Source of the DNA: Blasia pusilla
Lineage: Eukaryota
Direction: 5' to 3'
Length of the DNA: 64,000 nt
NCBI GenBank assembly: GCA_050084515.1
Contig: CM114271.1
Location: 44,888,001 to 44,952,000, forward strand
Below the pieces are notes generated by a model. It was given only the letters and a program-made list of their open reading frames with translations, ran no database searches and had not been told where the DNA came from. A program made the translations under genes and the position numbers. Positions 27,017-39,910 of the stretch are shown piece after piece (position 1 is the stretch's first letter; every line of letters begins with the position of its first letter).

Positions 27017-29535
27017 GGTACTCCTTGGTTGCTTTTGAATTGGTGGTGCCAGAGGTTTGGACGGAATACCATGCGGATTTGCAACTGGTGCTATCTCGTA
27101 CCCTTGCTGGAGTATTGACATTCTTTTTGATCTATTCCGACCAACTTGGAAGAGTTGGATTGTATGCATTTGCTGTGAGGGTTCTATATCTCTTAGTTGA
27201 ATTGAGGAAATGTTTTTCTGCATGTGGGAGCACCCCTTCCATGTCATTTATATTGGTTCTTTTGTCTGCATATAGCCACAGGTTTTCGATCTTCATGTCC
27301 GCTCTAGCTGAGTCTGTAACGGTTGCACTCAGTTTTGAGGTCGCTAAACTATGGAGAAATGACTTTTGGATGTATAAATCTTCATAAGACGCAGGAGTCT
27401 AAAGGGCATGGCTTGACTGGCTAGAAGAAATAGTAGCTTCACCAGGTCTTTGTCCAGGACTCCTGCAGTTTGGAATGGTGCTATTTTGCTCTCATCAATT
27501 AGCCTGATGATGTGGAGTGGCCGTGGGCCACATTCTTCTTTGATACAAAAGCCTTGGGGCGCATTAAATCAATATTGGTGATTGCACAAGACTCGACTTT
27601 CACGCCATAATTTCACAAGATACCGAGTTGTACGAGAATGTTGTGCGTATATCAGATTTATTGACTTCGTCAGAGGGACGAACCACTAATCCTACCTTCA
27701 GGTAGAATAGCTATCAAGTAGTACGCCCCACGTTGATAATCAAGCCGTCTATTGCTGGTTCTAGCGTACCTTACTCGTTGACTGTTTCTTCGGTCATCCA
27801 ACATGGTTGGTTACGTAATGGAACTTCTGCTTATCGAAACTGTGGGCTTGAGGGGGGAAAAAGGACTCGGTTCACGGGCAAAAATGAACGACTTTCATAT
27901 TTGTACGCAAGTCAAGGTCATCTAATTAGATTCATTTCCGGAGTCCCTGAAGATTTTTAGTTACCCCGAACAAAGGTAAGTTGAGCAACTAGAGACGAAA
28001 TCTAATCCTCATCTGTGACAGCATCCCGTATGGATGGATTACCCTGCACAGTTTCCTACGGATCCTGAGGTACTCTGAATCCATAGCATACTGTGCAGAG
28101 AGTGATCTAGAGTCAGTCTTACGTCACTGGGCCATTGGAAATCGCAGCGATAGGTAGGCGACGATGTGACGGTTCATCTGGGACTGCCGTTGGCCGTACA
28201 CTTCTCCAATTTGATCATTGATCACTTATGACAAGTCGCCCATCTGGACTTTAGGTTTTGGACACGAGGAAGAGTGCTTCCTGTCGCTCTCGGGGCATAT
28301 CGAGGCTCAGGAATCGAGAAGTTGGTCTCCCGATTCCGTGGCTATGAATTTCGTGACTATTCCTCACTCCGCTGTTCAAGTGAGGCACTTTCTCGACACG
28401 TAAAACTTGGGCGGGACTCCTTTCTTAGGCATTTTCGTCTTTTCATCGAACGTCATTCCACCTGAACACCCCGAAAGCGGTCGAAAGCGGACACGTTTAG
28501 AGACGACAAGCTACAGCAGAAGCATCCCATGCAATTGTCGTCTGGCGTACTCCAGACCTTCAAACGTCATGGCCAACGTCCCGCCCGCGCCATTATGCGC
28601 CTCTGGCTTTCGGACGAAGCAGCCCACAACCCCTTGATCCGAATTTCCCCGAGCCGCTGGGAAAACTACATACCCGCCCACTTCGCAACTGCCAATCGCT
28701 GTGTTTTTCAATTCCACGTGGCTACCAGGCAGCTCGCTTCGAGCCACTGGCGTGGAATATTTGGAATATCTATTTTCCTTCTCCTGCCCAGGGGCCGGGG
28801 AGAATCGGGGCTAGAAGTGGAGCTGGCCGACTGAAGTGGAAACTGCTGACGCCCGGGCAGAAAAGTCAGTCGTGTTTCCACCATCGCCTACCTATTACCG
28901 GGAATTGGATAGGCGGCACATGAACTGTCGAGTTTGCTGCTTACCGGGGGAAACGTGCCGGGGAATTCGGTTCTGGTTGAGACCTGGTGGATTATGACGG
29001 CTCCGCAATTTCCAAGGGCCGGATTATTCCCGGACAATTTCCAGGTGTCGGGAAACGAGGACATCGGTATGGTTAAGAGGGCCATGTGGCAATATATGAG
29101 TCGACCTTAACTCAGATGTCCGTTTTAGGCCAAGGCCGGGTCCCATGGGCAGGACGTCGCGACGACCTTAAGGGCCGGGTCGCATGGGCGACTTCTTGGG
29201 GTTCTTGGGTTCCACCCGCCGGCTGGAACTGCTCGCCGGCGGCGGCTTTCCAGCCGGTTCCTTCCAACCGGTTGGGAACGGAAAGTCCGTTTCCGGTTAC
29301 GGAAACGAATTTTCTCTGCTTTATTTTCCCTCCCAATCCCCCCCCTCTTTTTCCTTTCCTTTCGGTTCCTATAAATTCAATTTTTTTTATTCATTCTAAT
29401 TTTGTTACTTGCCTGAGTTGTCATTTTCATAGATTTCATGTTTCATACATATTTTAGTCACATCGTAAGACATTCATTTATTTTTTTATTATAAGATTTT
29501 TTTTTTTTTTTATTTCTTTTTCAACTTTTTTAATC

Positions 29536-30348
29536 ATGGATATTTTAGATGAAGAGAGAATGAACATGTGCTTCTTGACTATTTATTTGGTTCTTATAAT
29601 TCAAATTTTTTCTACTCGTTTTTTTTTCCTTCAAGTTAGGAGTAGGAGGTCCTTCTTTCATTATCGTGCTCTCTTCTATTTCCAATTCATGATGAATGCT
29701 AGGTCTAGTATTACATCACGTCGCATGTTCTCTCCTTGGTATATTTTACCACGATCTATGATATTTACATGTCTTTTCATTGACGAAACTATAATAAGAA
29801 GAGATCATCCGGAGCGATTTAGAGATTTCTTTCGTGTTACGGTAAATACATTTGACTTCATTTGTGATATGTTACGGAGTCGACTAACTACTAATCCTCC
29901 CCATTCCCTACAAGTCTTACCAAACAGGTTGTTGAGTGTTGAGAGACAAGTCGCTATTACTCTACGACGTCTTGCCACAGGGGATCAAATGAAGGGGATT
30001 GGAGAGCTTTTCGGTATCGGAAAATCTACAACTGTGCAAGTTGTCTTTAGAGTCATTAATGCACTTGTGGAGGAGGCACGTAGGGCAATGGCTTGGCCGA
30101 AAGGACAGCATATGGAGAGGGTAAAATCAGATTTCGAAGCACAACATGGATTTTTGAATTGTTACGGTGCAATTGATGTCACTCACTTCCTCATGGAACT
30201 ACCAGCGGGTGCAAATTCCACAGTTTGGTATAGTCATAAAAGCAAATCTTATGCTTGTGCAATGCAAGCTATCGTTGATTCAAGACTGAAATTCCTAGAT
30301 GTATTCATTGGATATCCTGCTTCTATTCATGATACTCGAATTCTTTGA
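29536..30348 (+). pseudogene. Truncated Harbinger DDE transposase (HARBI1-like, DDE_Tnp_4)
   Basis: FRDFFRVTVNTFDFICDML, HTH region LSVERQVAITLRRLATG...FGIGKSTT, GAIDVTH (first catalytic Asp) and QAIVDSRLKFLDV...GYPASIHDTRIL. Stops before the remaining catalytic residues. Confidence 0.9.
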
Positions 30349-30432
30349 AACTCCCAATATAAGTACATCTCATATGGCTATTTTTGTTCATTGTGTCCTC
30401 AATGAAGTTCAATTATTTCTTAATGTAAACTC

Positions 30433-31884
30433 TCAAGATCTCCCTTGAAATCCCCTACCAAAGGCATGACAAAAGGCTGTAGATATCATTGTAAGAGCAT
30501 CCGCATTCTGTTGTAGGACTTTCAACTCTAATTTTCGCTGTTCAATATCCATTCTTTGACCATCATGTATAACATCTATCATGGCATCAGTAGATTCCTT
30601 CATGGCATCTCCCATGGAGCTCTTACGCCGTCGTTTTCCTCTAATCCCATCCTTGAGGCTCTTCCTTTTCGAAGTTTCCTTGCCGAAATCTACATTGCCA
30701 CACAACACCACTAAAGTCATTAACTACATTTCCACATAAGACCAAAAAAGTCACAAAAATCATTAAAGACAATTATCAGAACCTTCAGTATGAGCACACG
30801 ATGAAGGCGCACGCGGAGTAGTTGGGATCTCTTCTGCATCCACTGGGATCTGAAATGACTCCACATCTATACAAACAATAAATAAATTAGTAGTAGCATA
30901 TGTGCATAATAAGTGAAATTAACAAAGAAAAGAACTTCCTTTGTTTCATATTCATGTACCTGGAGAAGACGATGGAGGAGAAGGTTCGTTGGTTGGGATC
31001 TCAAATGACTCCACCTCCATATAAACAGCCAATACGTTAGTAGTAGCCTTGTATTGATACTAAGAAACAAATGAACAAGGTGACCTCCTTCTTCTTTTGG
31101 TAAGATTGATATACCTGGTGGCACGAGTGAAGCTATCGGACTCATGGGTGGAGGATTGAAGTTAGCATTAAGATCAGGTAGAAGTGAAGTATCAAAGGTG
31201 GACACTCCCATGCTCTCCGGGTCCACGTCTTGTCTTTTGGGGAGCCATTCTACTAGACCCTTGTAATAGGCTTCATCAAAGTTTGAAGGTAAACCTAGTG
31301 ATTTCCGGTCCTTTCTCAGCATGCGAGTGTCAAAGTAAGACAATTGGCCGCTTTTGGCCTTTCGCTCCCAATCATGAACCTGTAATGAAAACTTACATGA
31401 GTGTCAATTGTAAAATAAAGACACTTCATGTTTTGCATCACATCATAAAAATTGGATACCACCAACTTAACTTACTTGTTTGAATTCTTTTATGAGAGCA
31501 CTCCATTTCTTTTTGCACGCCTAGCCATCACGAATAGGTTGCTTTATCCCATTCTTCAAACAAAAGTCAGCCATTTTTTTCCACTTTTGTTTTAAGGTGG
31601 CCATAGTAGATTGAGTAGTATAATTCAGTTCTAATCTCTCCATTTCATCTCGTTTTGCTGCAATCAGAATTTGAATCTCGGAAGTTGTCCATGGAATCAG
31701 CTTAGGCCATAGTAGATTGAGTAGTATAATTCAGTTCTAATCTCTCCATTTCATCTCGTTTTGCTGCAATCAGAATTTGAATCTCGGAAGTTGTCCATGG
31801 AATCAGCTTAGCATTCTGCGTTGGTACTTGAGAATCGAGTATGACACAATCCTCGTCCATATGACTTCCTTCCTGCAACGGCAA
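30433..31884 (-). pseudogene. Harbinger Myb/SANT (trihelix-like) DNA-binding partner protein, intron-containing and disrupted
   Basis: WTTSEIQILIAAKRDE...KQKWKKMADFC...CKKKWSALIKEF, then YFDTRMLRKDRKSLGLPSNFDEAYY and a C-terminal coiled region. Contains a stop codon and a tandem duplication. Confidence 0.75.
31599..31810. repeat. Exact 106-bp tandem duplication inside the Myb/SANT ORF
   Basis: ggccatagtagattgag...gaatcagctta occurs at 31599-31704 and again at 31705-31810. Confidence 0.9.
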
Positions 31885-34800
31885 GAAAAAGAGTAGTGAA
31901 ACTTTTATTTTTCAAAAAATGGATTGAAGAAATAATATGACTTTCCAAGAAAAAGAGTAGTGAAAATTTTATTGTTACTCTTATGCAGCTCGTATTCTCT
32001 TAACCTTTAGACTAGGCTTACTCTACATGATGTATTCTGGCCGGGTTCCTGCTGTGCAATTGCTAAGATTATTAAGCCAGCACGTAGATCAGTGGACTAA
32101 AGCATCGGCTGTTTTATCATCTCGTCCTTCGGATAAAGGAGCAACCAAGTCATCATCATCAGGTGCACTCTCTACGCATTGAGTTAGGTGCTTGAAATTT
32201 AAAGTTCATAAGGTCATGCGGTCGAAAGTCCTACGGTCTGATTCATTTGAATGCAAGTGTCATGTCTGTGTTGCGACTTCAAGTCAAAGTGACTTGTGCA
32301 AAGAGATGTCTGAATTTGAGGGAATAATGATTCGAGTCTTCTAATAGGGAGACCCTTCCCAGACGTATTCTACCCTTTCGGCTCCACAGCAAATTGATCT
32401 CTACCATTCACAGGAGAATGGGGTCACTGCGGCCAGTGCCAAGCAGAAGCGGTCATCTGAAGTTTTCGGAGTCATTACACAGACGTGCAAATTCCGGATG
32501 ATACTACTTGCAACTCAGGTCCCTTTGCAAACCAGTCTGAGAAGTCGAACGCATTGATTCGCTCTCTCCTCAGCGTTTTAGCCAGTTTTTCAACTCCGCT
32601 GGCGTCATGCGCAAGTCCGTGTGGCGTGTGTCTTCGTTATCTTGTCCTACTTATCCTGAACCTCTCGCTATCGCTCCATGAGGCTATATTCCAGGCAGGC
32701 TGTCTACTTGGAGGCTGCGGCCGTTGCCCAAGCTCCAGTCCAGCAGTGCTACCAAGGGAAAATACCATGGGAGGAACCGGAATGGATTCATTCACCTGGA
32801 CGGATGCCCATTGAAATCTCCCCGTCGTCTTGCACTCAAGCCCAAGTGACCATGGGTCAAGTAAGTCATCACTTTGAAAATGTAAAATCCATCCTCGTAG
32901 TCAAATCCTGTGCATGAAGTAACTGCCCCCACGAAATGTGCAAACTCGTGGCGGCGCTAGCAGCAGCAGCAACTCGTGGACACAATTGAGCCTGGAAATC
33001 ATCTTTCTCTTAAAGATGATTTCCAGGCTGCGATTGCGTCGTCGCTGCGACCTCGAAGATAAGGCGGATCCGCTGCAGCAGCACCCGAGGAAATTGGAGC
33101 TAATTGCGTCCCATCTTGACTGTCTGAGCTCACGGTACCGCCGGTATAGTGATTGTCACCGTTGGGGTGAAAGATCTCGAGAAAAAAGACGGCAGGCTCA
33201 CGTATTTCCCTACTGGTGACTTTGAGAGATGAAAACATCGCTTTGAGTTCACGTCCACAAGATCACTTTTGGAGGTCAGATTTCCTCTTCTTCATCCTGG
33301 AGGATCTTCTCCGGGTTATTTCAAGTTCGAATAAAAAAATGAACGCGCTCTTGCAACCGGAGAATAAGTGTGTGAAACTAAAGCTTTCCGCACTCTAAAA
33401 GAGTGGACAAAAAGGTGTCTACTCGTTCTGCTCATGCATGGTTTGCTTCGTGGGGTTTTACGGGAAGTCATAGCGAGTTCATCGTGTGATTATGCGCCAA
33501 CGTAAATAATTGAATGGGGGCATTAATTAACCTGATCCAGAAGCTCCATGATTCCATCATGACTTGCGGCTTTAGTTGCACACAAGTTGAGGTTGGTTAG
33601 CTCCAGCGACTCCTTAAGTTGAATCGCATAATGAGTTCATTGCCCAGAAGATCCACTGGCGGGATCGAGAATCCGTGCGATCAAATGCTGCGAGAGCTGT
33701 GTATTTTACGAGTAGGGCAAGTAGTTCGGATCGATTTGGTCACTGACTTTACTTCTCGAGCTACAGCACTTGAAGAATCAAGGAGATCCTAAGATTCTCT
33801 AATAGTATTCCACCTTGCGTCGAGATCTGCAGGATCTTATGAAACATTCTAGATTCCACAGAAATTCCAAAGAAATTCCAAACGCCTATATTCTAAGTGT
33901 GAATTACAATCTAATTTTCACACTTAGAATTACAATTCGAGTAATTAAGATTGATATGCTGGATCCGGTCACGGGTATGAAGGGGATTCTTCTCAAAACT
34001 CGTCAGTGCTTTTCCTTGGAATGATTCGGTAGGCTCACTCTGGCACTACTATCACCACTTTGCCCCGATTCGATGTAGCAATTTTGCTGCAGTTATTGAG
34101 CTGCATACTTCTTCTGAGCGACACTAAGAGGGCCTCATGAGACTCATGCAACGAAATCACAAATGTGTGGCTCAAAGACACACCCAACTGCACTTCTTTC
34201 GACAAATGATCTCTCGGCTTTTGTTCAGTCCTCGGTGGTCTTGAGCAAAGTGCAAACTTTCTCTTCAATTCAAAACTACATGAATACTGTATGCCTGGTG
34301 CAAGCTTTCCACCAGATTCTCCCAAGTAATAATCTGTGAATTCGAATGTAGGCCAAGAGCAGGGCCAACAGATCCAATTACTTCAATTCATGGCCATCCA
34401 ACCAAATTCTTCCTACGTCATGGGACCCGGCTACAAGAAGGCCTCTCAAGAAACTTTTCCTCACAAGAAACTATTCGTCACCCTGCCGTCGGAATGGATC
34501 CAAACAGAAAGCGAAAAAAACGGCTAGAATTGGAACCAGAAGGACCAGTTTTTTCAATTTTCTACCGGCCCCAACGGGTTGTGGACGTCGCAAGGACGCA
34601 AATCATTTCTTGCGCCCACTGTTTTTGGGCGCAAGAAAACGAAGGACTGCCGGATAAAACCAACGACTCTCTTTGCAAATCACCGACTCCGGCCTGGATA
34701 AAAAATTCTGGACCGTCAGATGGAGATCTGCTTTAACAAGGACCAACGTCGGACACCGACGCTGGCCCATGGGACCCGGCCCTAAGGGGTTGCCATTTTT

Positions 34801-35511
34801 TCTGCGCCCAAATTTTTGGGCACAGGAATTCTATCTCAATGTCTATCTAATGGTTTTTGCTAAAATCCTACCTGCTTTCTTGGCTTGTCCTACGGAGATA
34901 CAAGTTGGTCGCGGAAATAAGGTGGCTGCGACCTCTACGCAGGCCCATGGGACCCGGCCCTAAGGCGTGACTCCGCGTGAGCAGCCGCATGAGGTCAGTT
35001 GGGAGGGGGTTGGAAGGTTAGAAAGAAGGAAACCCTCCATACGAAGGGGGTGATGGAAAATCCATCAGAAATACAAAAGTTGGGCATTCATGAGAATATG
35101 AGTAGAGTACATGAAGGTCACGACCTTCATGTACTCGAGGGCAAATTCTCCTTGCCGACTAGACTGACCAACAGCAAAAACAATATCAAAAACACTTAGA
35201 GAGACATGAGTATCACTAAATAGGCCTTTAGCATCGGCGTCTCCCACAATCTGAGCCCACCACAAAAGCCCATTTAGCTTGGGCACACTGCTAAGCTATC
35301 GAGATTCGTCGCCTACAAGAAACAATCAGAGTAACTAAGGACAACCCATTTCTCTACTAGAGATGATGAGCACAATCCGTAAGGAACAAGTCAAACCTTT
35401 TAACTACATTTCCATAAATCTCTATCGCTAAGGGGATGAATCAATGTCCATCATGAAGTCGATTATAGAGATGGGTCTTCTTCACCATCACCGCTATTAC
35501 GGCCGCTCCTT

Positions 35512-35817
35512 CTAGCAATCTCCCCTTTGCCACCACTTGCCCTCGCACTTGCCCTCCCATGTAGGATTCATCACTACAACATCCCCCATCACCACCTTAG
35601 TCTCTTGCCTCATATAAAAGTCAGGACAAATAAGAGAATCCCGCATAGAGAAGCGCCTCTCTCTTTGCACATAAAAGCCACTCTCGCGAGCAATATAGAA
35701 CATGATATCCCACACAACATCATGAGTGAAAATCCTCTCACCCCGAATTGGACAACGTGCCAAATGCACATCAAGAGGATCCAGACTCTGTCGACACTCA
35801 TAATGGTGGGTAGTCAT
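35512..35817 (-). mobile_element. 3' fragment of an RLE-type (CRE-like) non-LTR retrotransposon
   Basis: CRQSLDPLDVHLARC...GERIFTHDVV (zinc knuckle plus the RHD-like motif) and CPDFYM...GDVVVMNP (PD...D endonuclease motif). Confidence 0.7.
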
Positions 35818-35819
35818 AA

Positions 35820-37080
35820 TGGATTAGCATCTTAGTTGAACCACAAAGTAAACCCTTTTCTGCTCTCTATACATTGTGTTACACATAGGACCAACTTGGT
35901 TGCTTTGACATCACCCAAAGGATCCAATTGTAAAGATGTTTCGACAAAAGTAGATTCCATCTTGAATGATAAAGTTGGACATTTTAAATCATCTTCAAAG
36001 AGGAAATGTGGTCTTTAAATTTTGCAAGAGAAGTCAAATGACTCATAGAGGGTCATAAAGCGATATCATAAAAATTGTCACGATTCAAGCCATGACTACT
36101 TTGTGTGGCTTATTGGAATATTTCCTATTATATTTAATTTTAAGGGATATTCTCCGCACCGAAGATGATGTTAATGTTGCTAATATGTACAAGAAGTTGA
36201 GATCATTTAAAATGATCTATCAGTTGTACTCATTGGTAGACATATTGTTTATACTTGTTAACTTGACTAAGGTTTCCCAATACATGTTTGTAGACGTTAG
36301 TACTATTAGCACTATTATGAATTCTAAGACTTCCAATATAAGAATCAACTTTATGATGGAAATCATGATGAATGCTTCTACATTTTCTAAAGAAATAGGT
36401 TATCATCTCTTACATGATTTTGGATCCCATGATGGATATTTAAAATGACCAAATTTAAATCAAGGGTAGAAAGTACCATAGCATTGAAATGTTGAAGGAT
36501 TGTAGTAGAAAGGATTTAAAGGCAGTTCTAAATTTTGAGAATAACTTTGTTGAGATTGTATGTGTAGCCTTACGAGATCAATTTAGGGACAATAATTTGA
36601 TATGTGCAATGAGGAATATGAATCCATTTCATACACCCTTAGGGCTACTAAGGTTTAATACTTAGGGTTGCAAGGAAGTGGATCACCTTTGCACATATTT
36701 TGGAAGGGAAATGCCTATGAGGGGTCAATTGTAGCTGGTTTTTGTGAACTCAAGAGTCGTGAGTAGAGTGTTAGTCATTTAAGCTTATGGCCATGATAGA
36801 GTGGGAAGATACAAACTTCCGAAGTTTATGGAAAATGGTAAGTTGGAGCCGATTCTTGCAATTGAAGTTATCGAATTCGCTTGTATTAGCCAACATTGCT
36901 AGGGTACAATGTATGAGTACTCCGATTTATGAGAGAGCTTTCGTTGTGAAATATGTGATCAAGAAAAGAGATGATAATATATTAACGACTAAGCATTTAG
37001 ATGTTGTTCTTAAGAAAGCCTTGCTGCCTTAGAGAGGAAAAGAATTGACTATGAGGATATGAGTATGACCAAATTTTGGA
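35820..37080 (+). mobile_element. Degenerate hAT transposase relic (ZNF862-like)
   Basis: LSIHCVTHRTNL (CxxH motif), HFKSSSKRK and a C-terminal dimerisation-like STPIYERAF...IKKRDDNILTTKHLDVVL. Many stops and frameshifts. Confidence 0.75.
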
Positions 37081-39204
37081 AGGAATGGATTTGACCAATT
37101 GGTCGAATCAATAGTGGTTTGAAAAATTTCTGCACACTTTAGATATGTGTATGCTAATCTTAAGAGATATGTTAGTGAACAAGACACTCCAATAGAGGGT
37201 GCAATTGTACACGATTCTTCAAGTGCACAAGTTTCACGTATTTAGTAATTAGGGAGGGAGGGGTGAGAGGTGAGGCGTTCCTTAGGTAATAAATTGAAGG
37301 TTTTTCTTTTTATATATATAAAATATTCAATGTATTATGAAGGGATAGGATCCTTGGCTCCCAATTGGTGGGAGGTGTGGCCATGTTCAATTTCTGCCAA
37401 GGATGTGAAAGTGAGATAGAGGGAGTGAGGAAAGGGGTGAGGTAGACGCATGGTTGCACTAAAACACACAAGTCCTTCCTTAGGAGGATCATGGATGGAC
37501 ATGTGCACAGACATAGGCTCCAAGAGGTGGGACCCACACTTATAGTCCATGATGGAAGGCAAGGCAAGGATGAGTGGAGCAATGAGGGAGGAGGGAGTGG
37601 AGGTGGAAGTGGAGGTGGAGGGAGGAAGAAACGGGGGAGTGTGGAACACAAAGGAAAGTAAGGGGAAGGAGAAAGAAGGGAAAGGTGGGGCCCATATGGA
37701 CAAGTCCTTCCATAAGACGGACACAAGTTCACGGACATGGACATGTCTATGAACACGGACTTTGTCCACATGCAACCTTTTGGAGACAGAAGGTGCAAGT
37801 GAGGGAAGGACTTGAGGCAAATGTCAAGTGGTGGGAGGCTTGGCCAAGTTCAAATCCTATCATGTAAAATTCAATTGGTGAAAGAAGAGGTGAGAATGGA
37901 GTGGAGACTCAAGACTCACTATAGAGTCTTCACTGTTTTGAAATATCTTCATTGAGGGTTGCTATGAAGTCTAAAGCGGGCCAGAAACGCTTTTCAGCCG
38001 TTTAAATATATATATATGTTCCTCAAAATTGGCCAGGCTTCTCTGAAAAGTAGCTAAAATATATCGTTTAAATATTAAATATTCAAAAAAATGGCTCTAA
38101 AAAATAATTTACATGAATTTTCTGTCTAATTCAAAAACATTTATTGGTTACAATGTCCCAAAAACTGACCCGAGAAAAAAATTTCTAATAAATTCATGGG
38201 TCATGGGGAAAAACTATCTAGAGCTTGCTCTTTTGTCACAAAGTTATGTGGGACAATGTTATTCTAATTTTTCAAGATTTCATGCATAATAATATTTTAT
38301 TAAAAAGGAGAATGAATTTGGAACTAGTAAGACGTAAAAAGAATCCCATTTCAAATTTTTTTATAAATGAAAAAGAGTTAGTAGAAAAGAATTGTAAAAC
38401 CGTTTTCTCTCACAAGATTTTTTACTTTTTAAAGCGTAAAATTTTTGATGGATTATGTCCACATGTTGTTCACCAATAGACCATATGGATGTAATCTTAT
38501 GAATCAATTTAAAAATGGATGTTTGATATTCTTACAATGTGTTTTCTTATTGCAAAATTAGTTTTAGATAGTAAGTTTGAATTACTATAGTGCATGTAGT
38601 GTACGTTATCACAATTTATGAATCCAATTCATCCCATATACTTTCTACTGCATTTTCAATATTTAATTACATTCCTCCTCCCACATAACACAAATCAAAA
38701 TAGTGTCCTCTAATAATAACGGATATATATACCTTCATACCAAGTCCTGATTTTAAAGAGAAAAACTACCTTTTATTTTGAAAATATATCTATTCCCTCC
38801 CCAAGCTTTTTTTTACATGGGAAAAAAATTTGGTGTAGAATAATCATTTTGATTTTATTTTCCCTAATGATTGTTATCTATCCAAACCTCAAATTTAAGT
38901 TTTTAATCAAAATTTGTTAAGGATTTTATAAAAATATTTCCCGCTATTCAATACACAAGAAAATCTCAACTCTGAACTTTAAAATATAATTCCACCACAA
39001 GTCAACAAGGAAAAAAATCCCCATGCTGCGAGAATGTTGTCCATAAAACTCATCAATTTACAAAAAATTTATATAATATAGTTGGCAACCTTTAAAGAGA
39101 CACAATTTGACCTTCTCAACCAATGAAAACCGTTTAAGCCAATAAAGCCAAAGTTTACTCCTAAATATGCAAACTTTATCAAGATTCCAAAAACTTTCCA
39201 CACA

Positions 39205-39910
39205 TGGAACGGAGCGGCCACACATGATGTCATTAGAGAGACAGTAGCATCAATGGCTCGTACTGTAGGATACACCATTGGGCAAGAGCAACTCGATGTC
39301 CTACCTTCAACCACATAAGCAACCTCTCGTCGGAGAGTGGATCTTGTTATGTCTCGAGGTGGATTCCGAACACTAGGTGATGTGGTGGTTGCTGATCCAA
39401 CACGTTCTGACTTGGTGTGTCGAGCCGCACATACCAAAGGTTTGCGGCCGAAGCTGCAGCAAGAATCAAGAAGTTAAGATATGATGTGAGACATGCGACT
39501 GATGGATTTTATTCCTTTTGCAGTGGAAGTATTCGATCATTTACATATGTCTTTTGATTCTTTCTTGAATACATGTGCTCACCACTCCGTGGAGAATCAT
39601 CACCTTGCCCCTTCTCGTAGTCCTTCTCTCTCCCTAATTACTACTTATTTTCGGCAATGCATCTTAGTGGCCTTACAACGTGCACAAGCATTGCCATGGA
39701 TACGTCGTGTAGAGGTAGTGGGGGGTCGCTCGCGTCGTCGTCCATTCACGTGTGACCAACCACTCGTGTTCTTGTCAGATTTGTTTCAGGCTATCAATCG
39801 TGTAGCTCGTTGAGTCGATGTTTGCGTTGGCTAGTTGCCATTTTCTTTTTTGCATTCTTTTATGTTTTTTTTCACTCCTCTTTTGAGATGTTATTACCTT
39901 CCTTTGTCCT
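39205..39910 (+). mobile_element. 3' fragment (REL endonuclease and 3'UTR) of a CRE-like non-LTR retrotransposon
   Basis: Direct homologue, in the opposite orientation, of 42970-43660: ATHDVIRE...RRVDLV...DVVVADP...FIPFAVEVF...VALQRAQA, and a shared 3'UTR ttggctagttgcca...ttttgagatgttattacctt. Confidence 0.85.

Larger units (their letters stand above)
29172..34782. mobile_element. PIF/Harbinger DNA transposon, internally deleted, with 18-bp TIRs and TAA TSD
   Basis: Left end TAA|GGGCCGGGTCGCATGGGC (29169-29189) and right end GCCCATGGGACCCGGCCC|TAA (34765-34785). Encloses convergent DDE transposase and Myb/SANT ORFs. Confidence 0.85.

Noticed and set aside
28218-28834. Cluster of GC-rich short ORFs left of the Harbinger element
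   Set aside because: No recognisable domain or coherent exon chain; cannot support a call.
37310-37820. Two overlapping ~160-aa minus-strand ORFs
   Set aside because: Products of a purine-rich low-complexity tract (poly-Pro/Ser/Thr); no domain.
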